64,000 bases of DNA from Bacteroidota bacterium (GTDB lineage: Bacteria > Bacteroidota > Bacteroidia > Palsa-965), in the NCBI GenBank assembly GCA_046046005.1, contig JBJOKQ010000001.1, positions 28-64,027 on the forward strand, written 5' to 3'. The notes under the pieces were generated by a model. It saw only the letters and a program-made list of their open reading frames with translations, had not been told where the DNA came from and searched no databases. The position numbers and the translations under genes are program-made. Below, one piece after another: positions 1 through 9,661 of this stretch; positions within the stretch are counted from its first letter, which is position 1, and each line of letters opens with the position of its first letter.

Positions 1-1938
1 GCCCGTCCGCGTTTGTATATCCACCACAGACCCAACAATTGTTGTAAGAGTCTGTATTCAGAGAAGCGTAACAGTATCGCAGTCCCGGTGCATTTTTGTT
101 CCACCATAAAACAGGTCTTGAAATAAGTACAATCGTGGGAGCATTTCGAATATCTTCTTCGAAGATTTCTGAATTATCGGGCACAGTAAAAAGAGGAAAA
201 TCAACTTCATTGTATGAATGAGTTACCAAAGGCAGCGTTTGGACAAATGTTGATTTCGAATATTCGTAAAAAGCAGGTATAAATAGAAAAGCGGTTTTCG
301 CATGACAAGCCAATCGTATTCTCTTACCTAACAACCGCTCCCAGTTGAGATCATTTCGTAAGCTGCATTGGTCGGAGATCGAATTTCTGATCAATATATC
401 CGTTTGTAAATTTTCTACGGCTGCAAGATCCAGCAGCATATTGAATGGTATAACATAAAAACTATCTACAGATAATCCCACGCGATCGTAAATCAACCTC
501 TTACTACTTGTGTCCTGACTTATTCCAAGTATACCTAATGCTAGCATCCTCAAGTGCTCCTCAATGGCCAACTCATTTTTCTCCGCCTGATTAATTTTAA
601 AAATTGTATTTACGAAACTATTTGTTTGAATTTGAGCATTGCCGGCAACTAAAATATTCCCCATTTCATCTCGACATAAATTGAAAGTTCTATCGCTAAT
701 TGAGCCGTTACCATTCAATCTGTAAATCCAATTTATAGCCCCACTACCTTTGTTAATACTTATGGTGGTGGCGTCAAGTCCTGATGAACTCCCGGTGCTG
801 TTTCCAGTAACAACTATATCCTCACCGTCACTTATTATTGCTTTAGCCTCGTCAAAAGAATCCGCCGAACCGTTGTAAGTCTGCGCCCATGTTATCTGTC
901 CGTTACCTCTATATTTGATGATAAAATAGTCGGAGTTGTTTCCTGCAATTTGAGTAGTACCCGTTACAAAAAAATAATTACCCGCATCCATTACAAGGCA
1001 TCTTGCTAAATCTACACCACCTGTTGTACCGGCATACGCTGTGACCCATTTCTGCAATCCATCTCCTCCTCCATACTTCAAAACAATCGCGTCAGAATTT
1101 GTCGCGCTGGCATAGCCCTGTCCAATTACAATAACATCCTGTGCAGAATTGACGCCGATATCGTGAGCATAATCACTATAGCCATTCTTGTAGCTATAGG
1201 TTGCGCTCCACTTCAAATTTCCCGTCCAATCATAACAAACCGTCAACATTTCAGAAATCCCATTTGTAGCTACGGAATTCCCCGTGATGCAGATGTCTTT
1301 ATTGACTTTTAAAGCGACCCCAATCGCGAAGTCGTTTAGATTACCCGCGCTGTTAAAATGTCGACTCCACTCTAATATTCCATCAACGTTGTATAGCAAG
1401 CAACTGTAGTCGTATTTTCCGCCATTCAAATTACTGTATCCAACAAGCACAATGCCTTCCGCAACAACTTCCATCCCTGTGCAAACATCATCCGATGAAT
1501 TCATTCTATCATAATCATTGCTCCATGTAACATTTCCTGCCGAATCCAACTTAGTAACAGCAATGTCTCTTCCATTACTTGTTGACGTTGTTCCTGCTAC
1601 ATAAACGCCGAACGAACTATCAACAACAATTGCAACCGGGAAGTCGTTTTCATTTGCTGAGCCGCTAATGGTTGTGGTCCAACGCAAAATACTATCGGGA
1701 GCAAATGACGTAATCAACCAGTCTGTATTACCATTGTTAGAAGTCGTGCTTGCAACGTAAATATTTCCTAGTAAATCTGTATAACCACTGAAACCTCATT
1801 GCTTATTGTAGCGCCGTTGTCTTCATTCCACAACAATGTTGTTTGGGCTTGCAAATGAATGTTACTCATAAGGATTAGTAGTGCAAGAACCAGCTTTGAA
1901 GTAATGTTACGTAACGGAAGAAATAATGAAAGAATCAT
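1..1938 (-). pseudogene. Secreted SBBP-type beta-propeller repeat protein. The 5' end is in the window and the 3' end runs off it. The reading frame is broken by a frameshift near 1771-1795.
   Basis: The minus-strand ATG at 1938 gives a signal peptide (…KLVLALLILMSNIHLQA|QTT) that hits TAG at 1768-1770. A second frame opens after TGA at 1796-1798 and stays open down to position 1. It encodes about 7 repeats of roughly 45 aa (…GNIYVAGTT…DIAVTKLDSAGNVTW…, …DIVVTGNS…DATTISINKGSG…) typical of SBBP beta-propeller repeats. These are followed by a non-repeat Cys-containing region (…NNCWVCGGYTNADG). The ORF track lists nothing here because the ORF is partial and frame-split. Confidence 0.6.
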
Positions 1939-2131
1939 ATGAGGTGTTTACTTGAATGACCAATTTAATACAATATTATATTAAAGCCAAGTACTGATTT
2001 AAATACCGCAAGTTTAATTTATATAATTAAATTTTTTGTTTACACCCAAGTTTAAGGTTGATGATTTTCTGGGTAAATTCTCATTCAAGTGCACCCTAAT
2101 TGACGGAAATTAAAACTGAAGAAGCATACTC

Positions 2132-3316
2132 TTACCTCACCCCGCACATCGCCTTAGTATCCTCAAACGCTTCGCACATGCGTTTTCTTGATTCAGCGTT
2201 TATCCATTGGTGTGTGGTGTCGGTTGCGCACCACTCTGCAGGAACAATCACGTGTTGCTTGAGCGCAGGATCGTAAGCGCGATACACCCACGTAGGAATC
2301 ACTTTGGTTTCTTTCAGTGATTTCTTCCCGGTAGTGTGATTTTTCTCAATGGAAATATTCAGAATCACTCCTGCATCTGTGTAGCGCCAATACTGATTGG
2401 AAATAAAATTTCCCAGCGACCACGCTACAAATCCTGAATCGAGAGATGCATTTGATGCTGTTTTGAATTTGTTCATCGGTCCAACCACATGCGGATGCGC
2501 ACCGATTACCAAATCGGCGCCGTGGTCTGCCGCCCAATGAAACATGGAGTCTTGCTTTGCAATCGGCTTGGCAACATTCTCAACGCCCCAATGATAAATC
2601 ACCACTACCAGATCCGGATTCAGTGAACGTGCTTTCAACACATCTGCTTTTACCAATGAACTGTCGGCTACATTCAACATGTACTTGTGTTCTGCAGAAG
2701 GATATGCGCCGTTCGTTCCGTATGTGTAATTGAGAATGGCAACTGAAATTCCGTTCTTCGAGAGAATGCGAATTGAATCTCTGTCGCGTTGCGAATCAAA
2801 TGTTCCTGTACTTCCCAATCCTGCTTCGCGGACTTTCTTGAGCGTGCGCTGCAAGCCTTCTTCGCCCGTATCCATAGAGTGATTGTTCGATGTAACGAGA
2901 AAATCAAATCCGGAATTCGTAATCGCGGTTATATAATCATCAGGAGTATTGAAAGCAGGATAACCTCCGTATGGTTTTTTCGGTCCCGCAAAAGTCAGCT
3001 CCAGATTTCCGATCATGATATCCGGTGCAGAGAGAAATTGTTTCACTTCTGCGAAAGAAGGATTGAAATCGTATGAACCGTCTGTTTGCTTTGCGTTGGT
3101 CATTTGCGGCGTGTGACACATCAAATCGCCCACAAAACCCAATGAAATCACTGACACGGAATCAGCAATCTCTTGTCCGATATTAACCTTCGCGTGGGGC
3201 TTTTCATTGGGAATTTCCTTCCAGGAAGCCAAAAGAATAGCTGCAAAAAGGAGCGTAATTCCGCCGAAATAGTGGAAAATATTCGAAAAATCGATGTTTT
3301 TGTGCTTTAGCAGCAT
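2132..3316 (-). CDS. CapA-family protein (poly-gamma-glutamate synthesis/capsule protein CapA-like metallophosphatase) with an N-terminal membrane anchor
   Basis: 394 aa. Motifs GDLMCH, NLE(L)TF, SNNHSMD and HWG.E…GAHPH(V)VGP are characteristic of CapA/YwtB calcineurin-like phosphoesterases. There is an N-terminal hydrophobic segment. Confidence 0.75.
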   Translation of the reverse strand: MLLKHKNIDFSNIFHYFGGITLLFAAILLASWKEIPNEKPHAKVNIGQEIADSVSVISLGFVGDLMCHTPQMTNAKQTDGSYDFNPSFAEVKQFLSAPDIMIGNLELTFAGPKKPYGGYPAFNTPDDYITAITNSGFDFLVTSNNHSMDTGEEGLQRTLKKVREAGLGSTGTFDSQRDRDSIRILSKNGISVAILNYTYGTNGAYPSAEHKYMLNVADSSLVKADVLKARSLNPDLVVVIYHWGVENVAKPIAKQDSMFHWAADHGADLVIGAHPHVVGPMNKFKTASNASLDSGFVAWSLGNFISNQYWRYTDAGVILNISIEKNHTTGKKSLKETKVIPTWVYRAYDPALKQHVIVPAEWCATDTTHQWINAESRKRMCEAFEDTKAMCGVR

Positions 3317-3478
3317 TAATCCGGCGTTTTAAATCGGGGCGACAAAGAAACAAATTCCCGCCTGAACCCGTAAGACCTTTTACGGAAATATTTGGGGAAG
3401 GTGCTTTGTTTCACTAATTTTATCAAACAAGTATTAACAACGAAAGCTCAACTCAAGTCATAATTCAACCCAATCAAC

Positions 3479-4270
3479 ATGAAAAAATTACTCGCTCTTA
3501 TCCCTGCAGCTGCAATTGCCTTTACGTTTGCAGCGTGTAAGAAAGAAACTGCGGCAGAAGGAGAAATCACTTCTGTTTCTTCATTGTATCGTACAGTAAT
3601 GTTCGAATACACTGCAACGTGGTGCGGACCTTGCGGTCAGTACGGATATCCTGAAATGCATGATCTGATTGCAGACTTCGTTGTTGCATCACCGAAAGCA
3701 TCTGTTGTGATTATGCGTCCGTCTGATGATATCGTTGATAACGTTCCTGCAGGACAGGAAGATCTTGTTGACTTCTTCGGATTCAGCGGCACTCCTGACG
3801 GAGCTGTTGGTGTGAATGGCGGAATGTATCCTGATTACAATGCGTTCAAGACTAAAATTAATCAAGCGCATACTGCTAACCCTGTTGCTAAAGCCGGTAT
3901 CGGTATCAGCCACACGCTTTCAGGCAGCACAATGACTGTAAACACAAAATCTGTTTTCTTCGAAGAAGTTGCAGGAACATACAACCTTGCAATCTATGTT
4001 GTTGAAGACAAGATCATGAACTCACAAAACGGACAAACACCTTCAGAAGTTGAGCACGTGAATTCTCTTCGCGCAATTGCTGACGGAAAAGCATTCGGAA
4101 CTACTATTGCTGTGAATCCTGCGAAAGGAACTAAAGTTGATGGTACTTACACTATCACACTTCCTGCTGAAACACGCAACAAAGACAATTGCAAAGTAGT
4201 TGCTGTACTCTGGAAAATGGATCCTGCTACAGGAGAACCAACAGACGTGCTGAACTCAAACACATATTAA
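3479..4270 (+). CDS. Lipoprotein with a thioredoxin-type WCGPC active-site motif
   Basis: Signal peptide with lipobox (…AFTFAAC). The motif YTATWCGPCGQYG is the canonical thioredoxin CxxC site. 263 aa. Confidence 0.6.
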   Translation: MKKLLALIPAAAIAFTFAACKKETAAEGEITSVSSLYRTVMFEYTATWCGPCGQYGYPEMHDLIADFVVASPKASVVIMRPSDDIVDNVPAGQEDLVDFFGFSGTPDGAVGVNGGMYPDYNAFKTKINQAHTANPVAKAGIGISHTLSGSTMTVNTKSVFFEEVAGTYNLAIYVVEDKIMNSQNGQTPSEVEHVNSLRAIADGKAFGTTIAVNPAKGTKVDGTYTITLPAETRNKDNCKVVAVLWKMDPATGEPTDVLNSNTY

Positions 4271-4273
4271 TTG

Positions 4274-4302
4274 AGAGGGTCTCGTAATTGAGACCCTTTT
4301 TT
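4274..4302 (+). terminator. Rho-independent terminator after the thioredoxin-like lipoprotein gene
   Basis: GAGGGTCTC-gtaattga-GAGACCCT stem-loop followed by TTTTTT. Confidence 0.7.
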
Positions 4303-4322
4303 AACGAATCAATTTTCCGAAT

Positions 4323-4970
4323 ATGAAACTGAAAGCGATATTTCTGATATTGTTGTGTGCATTTTTTGCCGCAGGAGATCTCGGTGCTGAAGAAATGAAG
4401 AAGAAGCGCCGCAAGAAGAAAAAGAGAAGAGGAAAAGTTGTGGCGTTCAAAGCCGGTCAAATGGATGTACAGGCCGGAGGAGGATTTGCCGTTAATACGA
4501 ATTATTCCAAATCGGATTATTCGATTTACGGAACAACTGAAACCAAAGGCGGATTCCCTTTCAGCATTCGTGCTGAATACGGAGTAACTGATTTTCTCGG
4601 AATCGGCTTGTGGTATGGTATGTACAAAGACAAGATCACAATCACAGATGTAACGGCGCCTACAAACATTTACGGTTACGAACATAAGTACATGCACCTT
4701 TGTGCTCGTCCTGCCTTTCACGTTCCGCTCGGAATGGCGAAGCTCGATCCTTACGTTGCAGTTCCATTTGGTTTGAACAAAGTGAAAGCAACTCCATTCT
4801 ATAATGAAGGAGGTGTAAACCTTGTTCAGGAGCCATTGAAATCAGGTTTCGCCTGGGCGATTCACGGTGGCGCTAATTATTACTTCACTGACAACATCGG
4901 CGCTTTCGTTGAAGGCGGTTACGGCCAATGGTTACCGATGGTGAACTTTGGTATAACGGCGAAGTTTTAA
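4323..4970 (+). CDS. Outer-membrane beta-barrel protein (OmpW/OmpA-like porin family) with a Lys/Arg-rich stretch after the signal peptide
   Basis: Signal peptide MKLKAIFLILLCAFFAAG. Alternating hydrophobic beta-strand pattern and a C-terminal aromatic residue (…ITAKF), typical of small OM barrels. An unusual KKKRRKKKKRRGK tract follows the signal peptide. Confidence 0.55.
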   Translation: MKLKAIFLILLCAFFAAGDLGAEEMKKKRRKKKKRRGKVVAFKAGQMDVQAGGGFAVNTNYSKSDYSIYGTTETKGGFPFSIRAEYGVTDFLGIGLWYGMYKDKITITDVTAPTNIYGYEHKYMHLCARPAFHVPLGMAKLDPYVAVPFGLNKVKATPFYNEGGVNLVQEPLKSGFAWAIHGGANYYFTDNIGAFVEGGYGQWLPMVNFGITAKF

Positions 4971-4991
4971 GTACTGACTCGTTTTATAGAA

Positions 4992-5019
4992 TCCCGCTGT
5001 TACACGGCGGGATTTTTTA
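4992..5019 (+). terminator. Rho-independent terminator after the OMP gene
   Basis: TCCCGC-tgttacacg-GCGGGA followed by TTTTTT. Confidence 0.6.
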
Positions 5020-5027
5020 TTTCTAAC

Positions 5028-5360
5028 AACCACGGCGACACGGAGAGTTTAAAAACAACCACGGAGGCACGGAGAGTTTAAAACAACCACGGTGACACGG
5101 AGAAAAAACTTTCTCTCTTACCCGAAACGATTAGTAAAATAATATCTCCGTGTCTCTATGGTGATTTCCTTTTATACGGAGAGATATTTGTTGTTTCTCA
5201 TAACCACACTCCGACAAGCTCAGTGCGGGCTCTGGCGCGGAGATATTAATTAAATAACCACGGTGACACGGAGAAAAAACTTTCTTTCTTACCCGAAACG
5301 ATTAGTAGAATAATATCGCCGTGTCTCCGTGGTGATTTCCTTTTATCTTGTCATTTCTCC
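5028..5360. repeat. Non-coding repeat cluster. Three short tandem copies (28-29-bp period) of AACCACGGnGnCACGGAGA lie at 5028-5103. They are followed by two copies (171-bp period, 5085-5175 and 5256-5346) of an approximately 90-bp element with 20-25-bp terminal inverted repeats. There are at least 9 CACGGAGA-type motifs in both orientations.
   Basis: Direct reading: AACCACGGCGACACGGAGAG at 5028, AACCACGGAGGCACGGAGAG at 5057 and AACCACGGTGACACGGAGA at 5085 and 5256. Each long copy ends with the reverse-complement arm ATCTCCGTGTCTCTATGGTG or TCGCCGTGTCTCCGTGGTG. There is no ORF of 60 aa or more on either strand. Confidence 0.8.
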
Positions 5361-5382
5361 GTGGTGCTCGTCTGCTGTATTA

Positions 5383-5417
5383 AAACAAAAAATCCCGCTC
5401 GATAAGCTGAGCGGGAC
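5383..5417 (-). terminator. Rho-independent terminator downstream of the SMC-like ATPase gene
   Basis: On the minus strand: TCCCGCTC-agcttatc-GAGCGGGA followed by TTTTTTGTTTT. Confidence 0.7.
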
Positions 5418-5443
5418 TTTTCATTACTAACCTAAACTAAACA

Positions 5444-8400
5444 CTAATTCTGCGTTTGTAACGCATGAATATAGTCTTCAAGTTTTTCAACGATGTTGTC
5501 GTAACTGAACTGTGCAAGCGGAGTCGGATTGATGTTGTGGAACTCCGGATTGTTATTCTTACGCAACGTATAAATGTTCTGCTTTCCTTCTTCGAAACGT
5601 CCGATCGGATCAATCGTCATTGTCAGAATCTGGTAGTCGTAGTTCTTCGCCAGCTCATAAAGCATATCGAAGTTTTCTCCCAGACCCGCAACTTCGTCGA
5701 TGGTCATGAAACGAACACCTTTGCGAATCTTTCTGTCTTTGCGGCTCAAACGATCGCTGTCGATGATAGATAGACGCGCAATACACAGAAGCGCAAGCAT
5801 CGTATAGTTCTGACCGTTTGATCCCGGTGCGTCTTCTCCCATTGGCGTTTTAAGGCTGATGGAAAGATCGAAGTACGATTTCGGATTCGTCAGTTTCTTG
5901 ATGTCCGGCTTCACGTTCTTTCCGTCGCTGTGCTCAAGGAATGCTTTGAGAATGATCGCATCCGCTCCTTCTCCTTCGCTCTCAAACATCTTGAACAATC
6001 CAACGTTTGCCGCTTTCGCAGCGATGTTCTTGTTCAATGAACGAATCCAGCTGATCGGATACGACTTTGATGGATCGAAGTTGATTTCAACGTAGTGACC
6101 GCCGGAAATTTTATTCGAACGGAAGAACTCGCGCATGTCATCAATACGATCGCGATACTCTGTATACACCTCTTCGATTTTCGAGAAAATACCGTTGATG
6201 ATCTTCAACTTGTGGTCGTTGATCTCGTTCATCTTCTGGTTGATATTCTTCAGGTGTTCTTCGATATCACTTGCAAGATCTTCTTCAACACGATCCGGAT
6301 TCTGAATGATCTTCGGCAACATTACTTCTGCAAGAGTCTGGAAATCGTATTTGTGATTGCCTTTCAAACGCTCATCATCAATGTTGAACTTGTCGTCCTT
6401 CATGATAGCGTCGTAATTCGACTCGTATGCTTTCTGCGTGGTGATCACAGTAACTTTCAGTTTGTTCACCTGTGATTCTTCCACCTGTTCCACCGCTTCT
6501 TCCGGATTGAATTCTCCGATAAGTTGTGTGTAACGTGCAAGAACTTCCTGATAGCGATTCTCCAATGCAGGCATCTGTTCCATCAATCCGATCAAACGTT
6601 GTTCGAGTGATCCCTGACGACGTGAAATGTCCTGTAAACGCTGTGAGAATGCGTTATAAAGCATCTTCGTGCTGGAGCCGTGTTCTTTTTCAATCTCACG
6701 GATTTCCTTGTTCACTTTCTCAAGACTCTGTTCTCCTTCATTGGCTTTGAGATATGTCTGAACATCTTTCTGCCAATCCGCAAAGCGCTCATCAAGCTGC
6801 TTCTTGGTGCTCTGGAAATTCTTGAGTTCACGTTCTTTCTCCGGAAGCTGATTCACTTCAAGCTGCTTAATCTGACCTTCAATAGCCATCAAGCCGCCTT
6901 GTGAATTGGAAATGATATCATCCGCTTCACGAAGTTTCTGCAATGCATCTTCCCAGTTCTTCTTCGCTTCATCGTAAACCAAACGAAGATTGTTCTTCGG
7001 ATTGGTGTACAGATCCATGATCATTTCAAATTCGTCTTTCGACATGATCAGTGAATCATCAGGAGAGAAATTCTCCAGGTCTTCACGCTTCAGCCATGCA
7101 TCGGAAACAGAAGTATTGAATCCGAATTCCATGAGATGTTCGCGAAGTGTGCGGTGTGTATTGCGTTCCGCATAAAGTTTCTCGAGTTCTTTCTCGATCG
7201 TATCTCCATACTTCTGCAATTCTTTCTCAATCGTGTCCGGATTGTTGAACATCTGTTTCGGAACATAAGTGATGTATTCCATCACTCCGCTCATATCAAC
7301 CCAGAATCCTTTTGAATCCTTGTCAACAGGTTTCAGATTCTTGTAAACTGCTTCCGGATTCGGAATGAAACGTTCTCCGTCTGTTTTCTCTCCCGGTTTT
7401 TTCGTTCCGAGAGTTTTGAAATGCATGAGAACAGATTCTTCTTCCTTCGTCAGCTTTCCTGCATTGCGGATTGCCCACTGAACGACAGAATCTTTGTTGT
7501 CGCTGTCGAACAACGGCATCAATTGCTCAAGACGATTGATTTCGCCTTCGAGCTGATCCATAATTCCGTCATACTCTGCCTGAGCCATGCGGTAATCGCG
7601 CGACCAGGAAGATTCTGCGAATGCTTCTGCAATTCCTTTGCGATTGAGGAAGTCCACAAACTCGCGCATCTTCTGACGTTCGCGCAATGTGCCGTCCTGC
7701 TTCTGGAATTGTTCTTTTACAAGCTCAACCGTTTTGTAAATACGCACCCAACCTTCAGCGGATTTTACTTTGTTCCACTTCGCACTCGCTTCGTCGTATT
7801 CGTTTTGAGCAATGGTATATGCTTTCTCATAAGAAGCGCGATTCTTCTCAGCGAAGTCGCGGTTCTTCTTTCTGTTTTCAAGTTCCGCTTCGAGACGCTC
7901 GCGCTCACCTGTAATGCTGTCGAGTTCGCGCTCCACAGCATCCATGTTGAGTTCATTCACGCGCTTCTCCAATTGAATCTGCTGGAGATTCACGTGAGCA
8001 GTTTCTTTTTGCGTACGCACAAGGTCACGACCGATTACTTCACGCTGATGATAAGCCCATGAAGTTTCGAGCAACAGCGCACGATGCGTTGCAGCGTCAC
8101 GTTTCTTTTTGTCTTCAAGCAATGAAAGAAGTCGATCCTTTTTCATCTTCACCGTTTCATACACGCGTGCACGACGCTTGTATTCTTCGTGTGCTTCTTC
8201 AATTTCTTTCTTGCGCTTTTCGTACTCTTTGTTCTGGTCGTCGTCGTTGGCAAAGAGGAAGTTTTTCAAATCTTCCGACTTCGCTCCGATTCCTTTACCA
8301 CGCGCGAACGATTGAAGAATCTGCGCAAATGTTTTCAGTTTCTTATCGTCGTGACTGAAGTCCGTTGAAAGAATCTGGTTATTGAACAGGATGCGATGAA

Positions 8401-8938
8401 ACTCTGCTGTACGCTGATTGAACTGCTTCATGATGAAGCCGCGTTTCTCAAAATGCTCGCGCATTTTATCAATCGGCAGAATCTGATTGTTCGGAAGGAA
8501 ATCGCGATACAACAGGAATTGATCCATTGCTTCGAGATTCATTTCCGCTTCCTGATTGAAGTCGTGTCCTTTCTGGATGATGAACGGATACACCGAACGC
8601 GCATTGGTCTGAATATGCGTTCCCACGATGATGAACTTGTTGTGTTCAACTTCAACATTGGCAAATGCATATCCGTAGTAACCCTGACCGGCGTCGCCAC
8701 CTTGTTTGAGAACGACACCTTCAACGGTACGTTTCTCGGTGGTCATTACATCCGTTCCAGATTCCCAGAATTCTTTTTTCGCAACGAAAATCAGCTGGAG
8801 AAGATCGGCGATTACCGACTTACCGGAACCGGAACCTCCTGTGAAATCCGTACGCAACGGGTGCAACAGATAATCGCAGTTGTTGTGATAAATCACACCT
8901 ACTGTCGATAGAGAGAATATTCTTGGATATTGTTTCAT
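5444..8938 (-). CDS. SMC-like ATPase of the MksB/JetC family (Walker A at the N-terminus, long coiled coils, Walker B/D-loop at the C-terminus)
   Basis: 1164 aa. N-terminal P-loop TGGSGSGKSVIADLLQ. About 900 aa of heptad-rich E/K/R/Q sequence. C-terminal signature …YTMLALLCIARLS… and Walker B FMTIDEVAGLG. It is the last gene of a three-gene operon, after kleisin-like and small acidic partners. Confidence 0.75.
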   Translation of the reverse strand: MKQYPRIFSLSTVGVIYHNNCDYLLHPLRTDFTGGSGSGKSVIADLLQLIFVAKKEFWESGTDVMTTEKRTVEGVVLKQGGDAGQGYYGYAFANVEVEHNKFIIVGTHIQTNARSVYPFIIQKGHDFNQEAEMNLEAMDQFLLYRDFLPNNQILPIDKMREHFEKRGFIMKQFNQRTAEFHRILFNNQILSTDFSHDDKKLKTFAQILQSFARGKGIGAKSEDLKNFLFANDDDQNKEYEKRKKEIEEAHEEYKRRARVYETVKMKKDRLLSLLEDKKKRDAATHRALLLETSWAYHQREVIGRDLVRTQKETAHVNLQQIQLEKRVNELNMDAVERELDSITGERERLEAELENRKKNRDFAEKNRASYEKAYTIAQNEYDEASAKWNKVKSAEGWVRIYKTVELVKEQFQKQDGTLRERQKMREFVDFLNRKGIAEAFAESSWSRDYRMAQAEYDGIMDQLEGEINRLEQLMPLFDSDNKDSVVQWAIRNAGKLTKEEESVLMHFKTLGTKKPGEKTDGERFIPNPEAVYKNLKPVDKDSKGFWVDMSGVMEYITYVPKQMFNNPDTIEKELQKYGDTIEKELEKLYAERNTHRTLREHLMEFGFNTSVSDAWLKREDLENFSPDDSLIMSKDEFEMIMDLYTNPKNNLRLVYDEAKKNWEDALQKLREADDIISNSQGGLMAIEGQIKQLEVNQLPEKERELKNFQSTKKQLDERFADWQKDVQTYLKANEGEQSLEKVNKEIREIEKEHGSSTKMLYNAFSQRLQDISRRQGSLEQRLIGLMEQMPALENRYQEVLARYTQLIGEFNPEEAVEQVEESQVNKLKVTVITTQKAYESNYDAIMKDDKFNIDDERLKGNHKYDFQTLAEVMLPKIIQNPDRVEEDLASDIEEHLKNINQKMNEINDHKLKIINGIFSKIEEVYTEYRDRIDDMREFFRSNKISGGHYVEINFDPSKSYPISWIRSLNKNIAAKAANVGLFKMFESEGEGADAIILKAFLEHSDGKNVKPDIKKLTNPKSYFDLSISLKTPMGEDAPGSNGQNYTMLALLCIARLSIIDSDRLSRKDRKIRKGVRFMTIDEVAGLGENFDMLYELAKNYDYQILTMTIDPIGRFEEGKQNIYTLRKNNNPEFHNINPTPLAQFSYDNIVEKLEDYIHALQTQN

Positions 8939-8962
8939 GTCTGATAGTTCAGTGTTGGATCA

Positions 8963-9661
8963 TTATTCGCTGTCGCCTTCTTCCACCGGATACAATCCGC
9001 CGGTGCGCTCTTCAATCGAATTCGTTTCATCAATCAGACGATCGATGTTGTGAATTTCGTAAGAGTACATGGTGAACAGTCGATCAATTGAAGGCATGAT
9101 TTCAAAGAGTTCTTTGTTGCGCGGATCGAAATGAATCCAGCCCATACGTTCGAATTCCTTGAGTGAGTTACGCACCCATTCGTCAATGGTGTTCTCGTCG
9201 ATTTCTGTTGCTTCTTTTTCGCGACGACGTGCAAAAAGGTTGTAGATGAAATTCTTGTACTCTTCGTTGGTCTTGAGGAGCTGAATGAAATCCGGAACGT
9301 AAATGTCGTTGATGAAATATTTGTCGATGCGGTGAATTTTCAGAAGAAGAATTCCAAGCAACGTGTGTTCAGGTGTCAACTTCTTCGCGCGCGACTTTAC
9401 GATACCGTGTGTTTCTTCATCCATTTCGAGGAAGTAGTAACGCGTGTAATCTGAACCCTTACCGGCGAGATTCACTTTGAAAAGATTGCGGTAGTACGCA
9501 CGAAGTTCATCTTCGTACTTCTCCACAAAATTGAACAGCTCTACCTGATGCGGATAGTTCTGAATATGTTGTCCGCTCTTGAACATGAAATCAACGTCTG
9601 CGAACAACGCTTCTGCTTCATCCGTCTCTAGGAAGCCGTACTTTTTATTTGCATTTTCCAT
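8963..9661 (-). CDS. MksE/JetB-like small acidic subunit (DUF4194-like)
   Basis: 232 aa with an acidic C-terminal tail (…YPVEEGDSE). It lies between the kleisin-like and SMC-like genes and overlaps the upstream gene by 34 nt, which suggests translational coupling. Confidence 0.55.
   Translation of the reverse strand: MENANKKYGFLETDEAEALFADVDFMFKSGQHIQNYPHQVELFNFVEKYEDELRAYYRNLFKVNLAGKGSDYTRYYFLEMDEETHGIVKSRAKKLTPEHTLLGILLLKIHRIDKYFINDIYVPDFIQLLKTNEEYKNFIYNLFARRREKEATEIDENTIDEWVRNSLKEFERMGWIHFDPRNKELFEIMPSIDRLFTMYSYEIHNIDRLIDETNSIEERTGGLYPVEEGDSE

Noticed and set aside
5028-5103. Possible mini-CRISPR or short tandem repeat array (three 19-20-bp repeats with 8-9-bp gaps)
   Set aside because: Spacers of 8-9 bp are far too short for CRISPR. 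Better described as an iteron-like binding-site array or part of a foldback element.
4970-5444. Search for a JetD/MksG (Toprim-like) gene downstream of the SMC-like ATPase
   Set aside because: No ORF of 60 aa or more on the minus strand. The region is occupied by terminators and structured repeats. Likewise none upstream of 11034. The system is therefore reported as three-gene only.
5465-8911. Numerous antisense or alternative-frame ORFs inside the SMC-like gene (e.g. 7421-8062 +, 8396-8911 +, 6095-6475 +)
   Set aside because: Shadow ORFs within a long, well-supported coding region. Low-complexity translations without start context.
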